Shown: in pieces, positions 9,337 to 17,548 of the stretch | Layout: each line of letters opens with the position of its first letter | Numbering within the stretch: position 1 is the first letter of the stretch | From: Sinorhizobium meliloti | Lineage (GTDB): Bacteria; Pseudomonadota; Alphaproteobacteria; Rhizobiales; Rhizobiaceae | Direction of reading: 5' to 3' | DNA: 32,000 bases | NCBI RefSeq assembly: GCF_017876815.1 | Contig: NZ_JAGIOS010000001.1 | Coordinates: 3,600,001-3,632,000 of the forward strand | The notes under the pieces: generated by a model | Seen by the model: only the letters and a program-made list of their open reading frames with translations | Database searches by the model: none | Told to the model about the DNA's origin: nothing | Position numbers and translations under genes: made by a program

Positions 9337-9341
9337 ACGAG
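9337..9341. repeat. target-site duplication ACGAG (right copy)
   Basis: Lies immediately outside IRR. It is followed by cacagggatgagg, the right arm of the split P1 hairpin. Confidence 0.85.
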
Positions 9342-9640
9342 CACAGGGATGAGGGGAGAGAGGGTCCCGGTCCCTCGGAATACTTCTCATGGGCCGTGCG
9401 GAAGGAGATGGCGCGCAGTCCCCAAACGAGGTTGCGGGAGCGCCCGTGCATCCCCGCCTCCCTCATTCCTGTGCTCGTCACAGGAATCCAGCCAGACCAA
9501 GTCAGTGGGCTGGAAAGACTCTCCCGCGCCGCAGACGCAGCGCTGCTCTCATCCCTGTGACGAGCACAGGGATGAGGGTGGAGAGGGTGCGGTCCACTCT
9601 TATAACCTGTGCGGAAAGTCAGGAAATGGCGCAACACTCC
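9337..9640. repeat. BIME-like mosaic repeat array, right part (X6-Y6-truncated X7)
   Basis: Continues the same modules: X6 from about 9351, P2 at 9465-9487, Y6, P1 at 9551-9573, then a diverged, truncated Xa-type module ending a few nt before the hflX stop (9647). Confidence 0.85.
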
Positions 9641-9646
9641 TGGCTG

Positions 9647-11044
9647 CTACCAATCCTCTTCGACGGCCTTCGGGCCGTTGCCCAGCCGCCTCTCGAGCTC
9701 CGTGGCCTCTCCCTCCGTCAGACGCAGGTCAAGGCTCACGCGTCCATCCTCGAGGTCTTCGCGGCCATCGACGATCGCATGCTGGTAGACCCAAGGCAGC
9801 AACTGCAGCTGATCGAGACCCAGAACGACGGTGCACTCGGTCATGACGCCCGAAAGACGCCGGCCTATTTCAGTGAGAAGATCGTCGACACCTTCGCCGG
9901 TCATGGCCGAAACGGCGACCGTGTTGTCGGCGCTCGCGGCCTTCTTCACCAGCGCTTCGCGCACTTCCGGCTCGACCTTGTCGATCTTGTTCCAGACCTC
10001 GACAATGCGCTCGGCACCCTCCTTCTCGTCGATGCCGAGATCGGCCAGGATGCGCAGCACGTCGCTTGCCTGGGCCTGATTGTCCGGATCGGACAGGTCG
10101 CGCACATGCAGAACCAGGTCGGCCTCGAGTACCTCTTCCAGCGTCGCCCGGAAGGCGGCGACCAGATGCGTCGGCAGATCGGAAATGAAGCCGACGGTGT
10201 CGGAGAGGATGACCATACGCCCATGCGGCAGTTTCAGCCGCCTCAGCGTCGGATCCAGCGTCGCGAAGAGCATGTCTTCGGCGAGCACGCCGGCCCCGGT
10301 CATCCGGTTGAAGAGCGTCGATTTGCCCGCGTTCGTATAGCCTACGAGCGCGACGATCGGATGCGGCACCTTCTTGCGCTTCGACCGGTGAAGCTGGCGC
10401 GTGCGCCGCACCTGCTCCAACTCGCGCTCCAGCTTGACGATCCTGTCCTGCAGCAGCCGGCGGTCGGCCTCGATCTGCGTTTCGCCGGGCCCGCCCATGA
10501 AACCCGCGCCGCCACGCTGCCGTTCGAGGTGCGTCCAGCTGCGAACCAGGCGGCCCTTCTGATAATTGAGATGTGCGAGATCGACCTGCAGCGTGCCCTC
10601 CCTGGTGGAGGCACGCCGGCCGAAGATTTCCAGAATGAGGCCGGTGCGGTCGATGACCTTGGCGTTCCATTCCTTCTCGAGATTGCGCTGCTGGACAGGC
10701 GTCAGCGGGTGATCGACGATCACGAGCCCCGCATCCTTCTCGCTCAGGACGTGACCGATCTCCTCGATCTTGCCGGTGCCGAGCAGCGTGCCCGGTTTTG
10801 GCTGGGCGACGGAAACGATCATGCCGTGAACGACGTCCAGGTCGATGGCGAGCGCCAGGCCCGTCGCCTCCTCCAGCCGGCTTTCGTCCGAACGCGTAGC
10901 GGGCTGCGCAACGATGTCGGCAGAAGCCTTCCCGGTCTTTTTCAGGATCGGAACGACGACGACGGCACGCGAATCATCGCGGAGCCTCTCGAGCTCCGGA
11001 ATGATCGACGACGATTTTGAATCACGCTTGGTAATGTTCCTCAC
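9647..11044 (-). CDS. hflX: GTPase HflX
   Basis: G motifs GYTNAGKSTLFN, DTVGF and NKID, plus the HflX N-terminal domain. The ORF starts at GTG 11044, 6 nt after the hfq stop. No in-frame ATG occurs for about 70 codons, so the exact start is uncertain. Confidence 0.85.
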   Translation of the reverse strand: MRNITKRDSKSSSIIPELERLRDDSRAVVVVPILKKTGKASADIVAQPATRSDESRLEEATGLALAIDLDVVHGMIVSVAQPKPGTLLGTGKIEEIGHVLSEKDAGLVIVDHPLTPVQQRNLEKEWNAKVIDRTGLILEIFGRRASTREGTLQVDLAHLNYQKGRLVRSWTHLERQRGGAGFMGGPGETQIEADRRLLQDRIVKLERELEQVRRTRQLHRSKRKKVPHPIVALVGYTNAGKSTLFNRMTGAGVLAEDMLFATLDPTLRRLKLPHGRMVILSDTVGFISDLPTHLVAAFRATLEEVLEADLVLHVRDLSDPDNQAQASDVLRILADLGIDEKEGAERIVEVWNKIDKVEPEVREALVKKAASADNTVAVSAMTGEGVDDLLTEIGRRLSGVMTECTVVLGLDQLQLLPWVYQHAIVDGREDLEDGRVSLDLRLTEGEATELERRLGNGPKAVEEDW

Positions 11045-11050
11045 ATCCCG

Positions 11051-11293
11051 TCAGGAGGCAGCTTCCTCATTCTCGAACATCTGCAACGGCTGGCCCGGCA
11101 TGATCGTCGAGATGGCGTGCTTGTAGACGAGCTGAGAATGACCGTCGCGGCGCAACAGCACACAGAAATTGTCAAACGATGTTACGACACCCGTCAGCTT
11201 GACGCCGTTGATGAGGAATATGGTCAAAGAAATCTTTTGCTTGCGGACCGTGTTGAGAAAGAGATCCTGCAAGTTTTGAGAACGTTCCGCCAT
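11051..11293 (-). CDS. hfq: RNA chaperone Hfq
   Basis: 80 aa. Sm1/Sm2 core [40 protein letters not shown]...[11 protein letters not shown]. Confidence 0.97.
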
Positions 11294-11393
11294 CGCGCCG
11301 CTTCTTTCTTATTTGCCGGCGTTCTGGCGCCGGTGCATTTTGTTAATTTTTAAGGTGTCACGTACGATCCCGGCACCTCCGCAGGGTTTGGTA

Positions 11394-12257
11394 TCAAATC
11401 ACCGTCTTTTCCGCAATGTCGAAAAAGGCCTCGCGAATATTCTGTGCTATGCTTCCTGGATGACCGTTGCCGATCGTCTTTCCGTCGACGGAAACGACGG
11501 GAAAGCAGATGCTGGTAGCAGCGGTGATGAAGACCTCCCGCGCTGCGAGCATTTCTTCCACGGAGAAGGCCGTTTCCTCGATCGCAAGGCCCAGCGGCTT
11601 GGCCACGTCCATCAGGGTGGTGCGGGTCACGCCGCGCAGAATGCCACTTTCCGCCGGGCGGGTGCGTAACGTCCCTTCGCGGTCCACGATCCATACATTC
11701 GTCGCCGCCCCCTCTTTGACCATGCCGTCCACGTCGACGAAGATCGCCTCCTGCGCGCCCGCTTCCTTCGCCTGCTGACGGGCAAGCACATTCGGGAGAA
11801 GGCCGACGCTCTTGATATCGACGCGATCCCACCGGTTCTCCGGCACCGTTATCGCCGATATGCCCTCGGCATTCTTCCGGGCGATCGCCCCGGGATCCGT
11901 GCGTTTGGCGGTGACGACGATCGAAGGCGGCGTGTCCGCATCAGGGAAAACATGATCCCGCCGCGCGACGCCGCGGGTCACCTGCAGATAGAAGAGCCCG
12001 TTGCGGACCCTGTTTCGGCGCAGCACCTCCCGGATGACATGGATCAGCGCCGCACGACTCATCGGCCAGCCTATCCTGAGCTCGCCCAGGGATCGCCCTA
12101 GGCGATCGAGGTGTCGGGTCAGGTCGATGATGAAGCCGTGCCGCACCTCGCAGACCTCGTAGACGCCGTCGGCAAACTGGTAACCCCGGTCCTCGACGTG
12201 AATGGCGGCTTCGGCGTGCCGGACGTAAGTGCCGTTGACATAGGCGATTCTCGGCAT
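11394..12257 (-). CDS. class IV (fold type IV) aminotransferase, D-amino-acid/branched-chain type
   Basis: 287 aa. Features: VEDRGYQFADGVYE, LQVTRG, and a C-terminal EVFITAATS block. ATG lies 11 nt after the trkA stop. Confidence 0.8.
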   Translation of the reverse strand: MPRIAYVNGTYVRHAEAAIHVEDRGYQFADGVYEVCEVRHGFIIDLTRHLDRLGRSLGELRIGWPMSRAALIHVIREVLRRNRVRNGLFYLQVTRGVARRDHVFPDADTPPSIVVTAKRTDPGAIARKNAEGISAITVPENRWDRVDIKSVGLLPNVLARQQAKEAGAQEAIFVDVDGMVKEGAATNVWIVDREGTLRTRPAESGILRGVTRTTLMDVAKPLGLAIEETAFSVEEMLAAREVFITAATSICFPVVSVDGKTIGNGHPGSIAQNIREAFFDIAEKTVI

Positions 12258-12268
12258 GGCTGAGGCCC

Positions 12269-13645
12269 TCAGAAATATTGAATGCTGACGCGGAAGAGCT
12301 GTTCGACATCGCGGACGGTCTCGGCGGCCGCGAGGAGGACCACGCGGTCCTTCGCCTTGATCCGCGTGTTGCCGTCTGGGCGCACATAGGCCTTGTCGCG
12401 ATAGAGCGCGCCGATGCGGATACCCTCCGGCAATTCGAGCTCGCGCAGCGCCTTGCCGACCAGCGGAGAGGTTTCGAGCGCCTCTGCCTCGATCACCTCC
12501 GCCATGCCGTTCTGCACCGCGTAGACCGACCGGATGCGGCCCTTTCGCACGTGCTGCAGCACACGCGAGATGGTGACGGCGCGCGGATTGATATAGGCGT
12601 CGACACCGGCGGCGCCGGCGAAGTCCTGATAGGCCGGTTCGTTGATCAGCACGAGGGTCGACTTCGCTCCAAGCCTCCTGGCAAGCATGCTCCCGAGGAT
12701 GTTGATCTGGTCGTTATTCGTCAGCGCGACGACGAGATCCGCCTCCTGGACATCCGCTTGCGCCAGGATCCGCTGATCCATGGCCGAGCCGTGGAGGACC
12801 ACCGTGCTGTTGAGCTTGTCGGCGACGAGCACGGCGCGATCCCGGTCGTTTTCGACGAGTTTCACCCGCATGCGCGGCTGCTGTTCCTCGATCGTTCGCG
12901 CGACGAAATAGCCGATATTGCCGGCGCCGAGGATGATGATCCGCCGCGCCTCCTGTTCTTCATGGCCGAAGAGCGCCAGCGTGCGGCGGGCATGGTCCCG
13001 GTCGCAGACCACATAGGCGAGATCGCCGGTCTTCAACTGGTCGGAGGAATGCGGAACGATCAGCTTACCGTCCCGGAAGATACCGGTCACGGTCGCGTGC
13101 AGATCGGGAAAGAGCTCGCTCAATTGCTGCAGCGGCGTGTCGACGACGGGGCAGTCTTCCATACATTCGATTGCAACCATCGCGATCCGATCGTCCGCGA
13201 AGCGCACCACGTCGGTGGCGCCGGGAAAGGATATGCGGCGAAGCACGAGCCGCCCTACCTCGATTTCCGGAGAGATCGTCACGTCGATCGGGACGTTCTC
13301 GCGCGAAAAGAGGTCGGAATATTCGGGCGCAAGATAGCTCTGCGCGCGGATGCGGGCGACCTTGGTCGGTACGTTGAAAATCGCATGGGCTACTTCGCAG
13401 GCGACGATGTTGACCTCATCGTACAGCGTTACCGCGATGAGCATGTCGGCCTGGTCGGCGCCCGCCTTCGCCAGTACATCCGGATGCGCCCCGTGGCCGA
13501 CGTAACCGCGCACGTCCAGCGTCTCGGTTATGTAGGCAATCAGCGCGGCCGACGTGTCGATCACCGAAACGTCGTTATTCTCGCGCGACAGCCGCTCGGC
13601 GATGCCGTAACCGACCTGCCCTGCCCCGCATATGATCACCTTCAT
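12269..13645 (-). CDS. trkA: Trk potassium uptake system NAD-binding protein TrkA
   Basis: 458 aa with two RCK/Rossmann halves, IICGAGQVGYG and IILGAGNIGYF. Confidence 0.9.
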   Translation of the reverse strand: MKVIICGAGQVGYGIAERLSRENNDVSVIDTSAALIAYITETLDVRGYVGHGAHPDVLAKAGADQADMLIAVTLYDEVNIVACEVAHAIFNVPTKVARIRAQSYLAPEYSDLFSRENVPIDVTISPEIEVGRLVLRRISFPGATDVVRFADDRIAMVAIECMEDCPVVDTPLQQLSELFPDLHATVTGIFRDGKLIVPHSSDQLKTGDLAYVVCDRDHARRTLALFGHEEQEARRIIILGAGNIGYFVARTIEEQQPRMRVKLVENDRDRAVLVADKLNSTVVLHGSAMDQRILAQADVQEADLVVALTNNDQINILGSMLARRLGAKSTLVLINEPAYQDFAGAAGVDAYINPRAVTISRVLQHVRKGRIRSVYAVQNGMAEVIEAEALETSPLVGKALRELELPEGIRIGALYRDKAYVRPDGNTRIKAKDRVVLLAAAETVRDVEQLFRVSIQYF

Positions 13646-13699
13646 TGCTATTCCTTACGTCTGGGACGGATCTGCCGATGGCTCGTTATGGGTTTCTGA

Positions 13700-15064
13700 T
13701 CACACGCCCAACGACTTCAGCTTGCGATGAAGGGCGGAGCGCTCCATTCCGACGAATTCGGCGGTGCGCGAGATATTGCCGCCGAAGCGATTGATCTGGG
13801 CGATCAGATAATCGCGTTCGAACATCTCGCGAGCCTCCCGCAGCGGCAGGGTCATGATGTGCTGATCGCCCTGCGCCGAGATCTTCGGCAGGGTGTCCCC
13901 AACCTCGTTCGGCAGCATGTCGGCGGTGATCGGCGTATCGGGACCGTCGCTGCGCGCGAGGATCATCAGGCGCTCGATGTTGTTGCGCAGTTGGCGGATA
14001 TTGCCGGGCCAATCATGCGCCTGCAGTACGGCCAGCGCATCCTCGCCGATCTTGCGGGGACGGATGCCGGCCTGTTCGCTTACCTGTCGCATGAACATGT
14101 CGACCAGGAAAGGGATGTCCTCGCGCCGCTCCGCAAGAGCGGGAACGCGCACCGGAATGACGGCGAGCCGGTGATACAGGTCCTCGCGGAACAGGCCCTC
14201 GGTGATCATGTTCTCGAGATTGTAGGCGGTCGAGGAGATGATGCGGACATCGACCTTGACGCGCTTGGAGCCGCCGACCCGCTCGAACTGCTGGTCGACG
14301 AGGACGCGCAGGATCTTGTTCTGCGTTTCGCGCGGCATTTCGCCGACCTCGTCCAGGTAGAGGATGCCCCCGTGGGCCTCCTCGAGTGCACCCGTTCGAC
14401 GCGGCTGCCCCGTCGTTCCTTCGGTACCGAAAAGCGCGATCTCCATTCTGTCGGGCGTGATCGCAGCCGCATTGAGAGCCACGAAAGGACCGTTGGCACG
14501 CGCGGACTTGCGATGGATCATCCGCGCGACGAGTTCCTTGCCGGAGCCGGACGGTCCCTGGATCATGATACGGCTGTTGGTGGGCGCCACTTTCTCGATC
14601 ATCTGGCGCAGTTGCGACACGGCAACGGAGGTTCCGATCAGTTCCACCGGATCGCCCGACTTCCGTCTCAGCTCTGAGTTTTCCCGCTTGAGCTTGGAAT
14701 TCTCGAGCGCCCGCTCGGCGATCAGGATCAGCCGGTCGGCCTTGAACGGCTTCTCGATGAAATCATAGGCTCCGCGCTTGATCGCGGAAACGGCGGTTTC
14801 GATGTTGCCGTGACCTGAGATCATCACCACCGGCAAATCGGGGTGCCGGTTCTTGATCTCGTCGAGCAGTGCCAGGCCGTCGAGCTTGCTTCCCTGCATC
14901 CAAATGTCCAGGAAGATCAGGCGCGGCACACGGTCGTTGATCGCCGCGAGAGCGCTCTCGCTGTCGAAAGCGGTCCGCGTTTCATGGCCCTCGTCCGAAA
15001 GGATTCCCGAGACGATCTCGCGAATATCCTCCTCGTCATCCACAACCAGAATATCAGCCGCCAT
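13700..15064 (-). CDS. ntrX: response regulator NtrX (receiver plus AAA+ plus Fis-type HTH)
   Basis: 454 aa. Receiver ILVVDDEEDIR...FLDIWM. Walker A GPSGSGKE. C-terminal HTH ISRTAEFVGMERSALHRKLK. ATG overlaps the end of ntrY by 11 nt. The GAFTGA loop is absent (see findings). Confidence 0.9.
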   Translation of the reverse strand: MAADILVVDDEEDIREIVSGILSDEGHETRTAFDSESALAAINDRVPRLIFLDIWMQGSKLDGLALLDEIKNRHPDLPVVMISGHGNIETAVSAIKRGAYDFIEKPFKADRLILIAERALENSKLKRENSELRRKSGDPVELIGTSVAVSQLRQMIEKVAPTNSRIMIQGPSGSGKELVARMIHRKSARANGPFVALNAAAITPDRMEIALFGTEGTTGQPRRTGALEEAHGGILYLDEVGEMPRETQNKILRVLVDQQFERVGGSKRVKVDVRIISSTAYNLENMITEGLFREDLYHRLAVIPVRVPALAERREDIPFLVDMFMRQVSEQAGIRPRKIGEDALAVLQAHDWPGNIRQLRNNIERLMILARSDGPDTPITADMLPNEVGDTLPKISAQGDQHIMTLPLREAREMFERDYLIAQINRFGGNISRTAEFVGMERSALHRKLKSLGV

Positions 15065-17369
15065 TGGTATTACCCTTATCCTTCAAATTATCTTCGCCCC
15101 CGGTCTCGCCGGCGGGCGGCAGAACCACCCGGATCATCGCCCCGGCGCCACCGTCGAAGTCCGGCGGTGCGTCGTGCAGTTCCAGTTGCCCGCCGTGGTC
15201 CTCTATGATCTTCTTGACGATAGCGAGGCCGAGACCGGTGCCCTTATCCCGCATCGTCATGTACGGCTCCAGAATTCGGTGCCGGTTCTCGGTCGGAAGC
15301 CCCTTGCCGTTGTCGATGACGTCGACCACGAAGCGGCCGGTGGTATCATCGCGACGGGATCGGATGACGACTGTGGGCGCGCCTCGTGACGTTCCCGCGG
15401 GCACGGCTTCGATCGCCTCCACCGCGTTCTTGACGAGATTGCCGAATGCCTGACCCAGCATGCGGCCGTCGAACTGCCCCTCGAGCGGTTCGTCGCCGAA
15501 ATCGCGGACGAAGTTGATGTGGCTGTTGCCCATCTCGCGCAGGAATACGGCGTCCTTCAGGATCGCCCGCAGGTCGGACTTCTCCTTCGTGGGCTTCGGC
15601 ATCCGCGCGAAGGCGGAGAATTCGTCGACCATCCGGCCGATGTCCTCGACCTGGCGCACGATCGTTTCGGTGCACTGGTCGAAGACCGCACGGTCCTCCT
15701 GATCGATCTGCTTGCCGTAGCGGCGTTTCAGCCTCTCGGCCGAGAGCTGGATCGGCGTCAGCGGGTTCTTGATCTCGTGTGCGATGCGGCGAGCGACGTC
15801 CGCCCAGGCGGTGGAGCGCTGCGCGATTACCAGATCCGTGATGTCGTCGACGGTGATGACATAGGAGCCATGCGATTCGTCGCCCTCCTCTCGCGTCACC
15901 TGAACATTCATCGTGCGCTCGGTGCCGCCGCGCATGATATTGATCTGCTTGCGGTAATCGTTGCGGTAGCGGCTCTCGGCCTCGACCAGAACCGCTTCGA
16001 TTTCCGGGGCCACGTCGCTGAGATTCGCTCCGATGAGCTCCGGCGCCGCCTTCTTGAGCATCCCTTCCGAAGACGGATTGAAGATGGTGATGCGGCGATC
16101 TCTGCCGACGCCGATGACTGCCGCCGTTACGCCGGAGAGCACTGCCTCGATGAAGCGGCGGCGTTGGTCGACCTCGTCCTTCGCCACCAGGATCTGATCC
16201 TGCTGGGTCCGAATTTCGCTCACCATCTTGTTGAACGTGCGCGACAGGTTGCCGACGTCGCCGTCGACGGCGCGCACGGGAACGACGACGTCGAGATTGC
16301 CGGAAGCGACGCTGTCGGCGGCGCCGATCAGCTGCCGGATCGGCCGGACGATGCGGTCGGCGACCGCAATGGCCGTCCAGATCGCCGCCAGCAGCACGAT
16401 CAGGGCAAAACCGATGTAAAGGACGCCGAAGGCGATCTGCAGGGAGGTCCGCCCGGCCTCGAGCGTCTTGTATTCCGCAGTGTTCTCTTCCATCAGCCGC
16501 ATCGATCGCATGACTTCCGGATCGACGTTTCGGACGGTGTAAAGATAGGTGCCCGGAATGTTTTCGAGCGGAATGACGGCTCCCACCAGATTGGTCACGC
16601 CCGGGGGGATAAGCGTCGGCTGACCGGCAATGGTGCTCTTCAGTGCGTCCTGCGGGATCGCCGGCAGCGGACGATCGGTCGAAATATTGGCCTGGAGTAT
16701 GGCGCTGCCGTCAGCGCGCACGAGGAATGCGCCGAGCATGCCGCGCCCCCTCGCCTGCCGTGTCATCAGCTCGACGAAGCCGGTACGGTCGAGGCTATAG
16801 AGCTGGCGATTGCGCTCCAGGTCGTTGGCCATCGACACCGTCTGACCCTGAAGGTAGCTGGCATTCTCGAGGACGTAGGCCTGCGCGACGTTCAGGGAGG
16901 AACGGACGATCGCCTGCGTACGCAGCGAGAACCAGCGGTCGAGGCCGACATCGAGGGTGATGCTGGCGAAGATCGCGACGAGGATCGCCGGCGTGATCGC
17001 GACGATCGAGAAGAGCGCGACGATGCGCACATGCAGGCGCGCTGCGGCTCTTCCCTTGCTGCGCGCCCTGAGCAGTCTGAAGATCTCGCGAGCGATGAGA
17101 TAGATCAGGCCCACGACGAAGAGGCCGTTGATGCCGGCACAGGCGATCACGATGTTTCTCTCGGGCCGGATCGGGGTCAGACCGAGGAGAACGAGCAGCG
17201 ACAAGGTGGCGCAGATCAGGGCACCGGTGGCGAGCATAAGCCCCGGCAAGGCAAAGGAGGCTCGCCGATCCTGGGCAGCAGTGACTCCGTCCTCCGTGCC
17301 CAATGGCAAGGCCATTCCATCCACCATGAAAAGTGCTACCCCCAACCGGCGTACCGACGACACCGGCAT
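15054..17369 (-). CDS. ntrY: sensor histidine kinase NtrY (TM, HAMP, PAS, HisKA, HATPase)
   Basis: H-box HEIKNPLTPIQLSAERL and G-box GTGLGLAIVKKIIEDHGG, with N-terminal hydrophobic segments. The start is uncertain: the ORF opens at TTG 17432, and in-frame ATGs lie at 17369, 17327 and 17315. The last is preceded by ggtggatgga. Confidence 0.8.
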   Translation of the reverse strand: MPVSSVRRLGVALFMVDGMALPLGTEDGVTAAQDRRASFALPGLMLATGALICATLSLLVLLGLTPIRPERNIVIACAGINGLFVVGLIYLIAREIFRLLRARSKGRAAARLHVRIVALFSIVAITPAILVAIFASITLDVGLDRWFSLRTQAIVRSSLNVAQAYVLENASYLQGQTVSMANDLERNRQLYSLDRTGFVELMTRQARGRGMLGAFLVRADGSAILQANISTDRPLPAIPQDALKSTIAGQPTLIPPGVTNLVGAVIPLENIPGTYLYTVRNVDPEVMRSMRLMEENTAEYKTLEAGRTSLQIAFGVLYIGFALIVLLAAIWTAIAVADRIVRPIRQLIGAADSVASGNLDVVVPVRAVDGDVGNLSRTFNKMVSEIRTQQDQILVAKDEVDQRRRFIEAVLSGVTAAVIGVGRDRRITIFNPSSEGMLKKAAPELIGANLSDVAPEIEAVLVEAESRYRNDYRKQINIMRGGTERTMNVQVTREEGDESHGSYVITVDDITDLVIAQRSTAWADVARRIAHEIKNPLTPIQLSAERLKRRYGKQIDQEDRAVFDQCTETIVRQVEDIGRMVDEFSAFARMPKPTKEKSDLRAILKDAVFLREMGNSHINFVRDFGDEPLEGQFDGRMLGQAFGNLVKNAVEAIEAVPAGTSRGAPTVVIRSRRDDTTGRFVVDVIDNGKGLPTENRHRILEPYMTMRDKGTGLGLAIVKKIIEDHGGQLELHDAPPDFDGGAGAMIRVVLPPAGETGGEDNLKDKGNTNGG

Positions 17370-17526
17370 ACGCCTGCGTTCCGGACCGAGACATTGAACC
17401 TTAAAGCGCCGCGTCTCCTTTCGGATACGCAAAGCTCCCCGCCCGCACCCGTCTGATCGACCGGCTGCGACCGCGCGCCGGCGAATCGACGCTTATGCGA
17501 GGTTCAAGCAACGCATTGTGGCGAAA

Positions 17527-17543
17527 ATGCAACGGTGTTGCAT
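17527..17543 (-). promoter_or_regulatory. perfect 7-bp/3-nt palindrome atgcaac-ggt-gttgcat just 3' of ntrC (weak terminator/attenuator or regulator site)
   Basis: Minus-strand RNA would read AUGCAAC-ACC-GUUGCAU-UUUCGCC, beginning 5 nt after the ntrC stop. TGCA half-sites also loosely resemble bEBP operators. Confidence 0.3.
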
Positions 17544-17548
17544 CTCAG

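Noticed and set aside
6921-9640. Possible CRISPR array, because of the regularly spaced palindromic repeats
   Set aside because: The sequences between the hairpins are themselves repeated (X and Y modules), so there are no unique spacers. The periods of about 140-238 bp are far too long, and no cas genes are present.
11315-11334. Hairpin ccggcg-ttctgg-cgccgg between the aminotransferase gene and hfq, as a terminator
   Set aside because: No U-tract follows it on the minus strand (caaauaag). I cannot distinguish a terminator, a processing site or coincidence from sequence alone.
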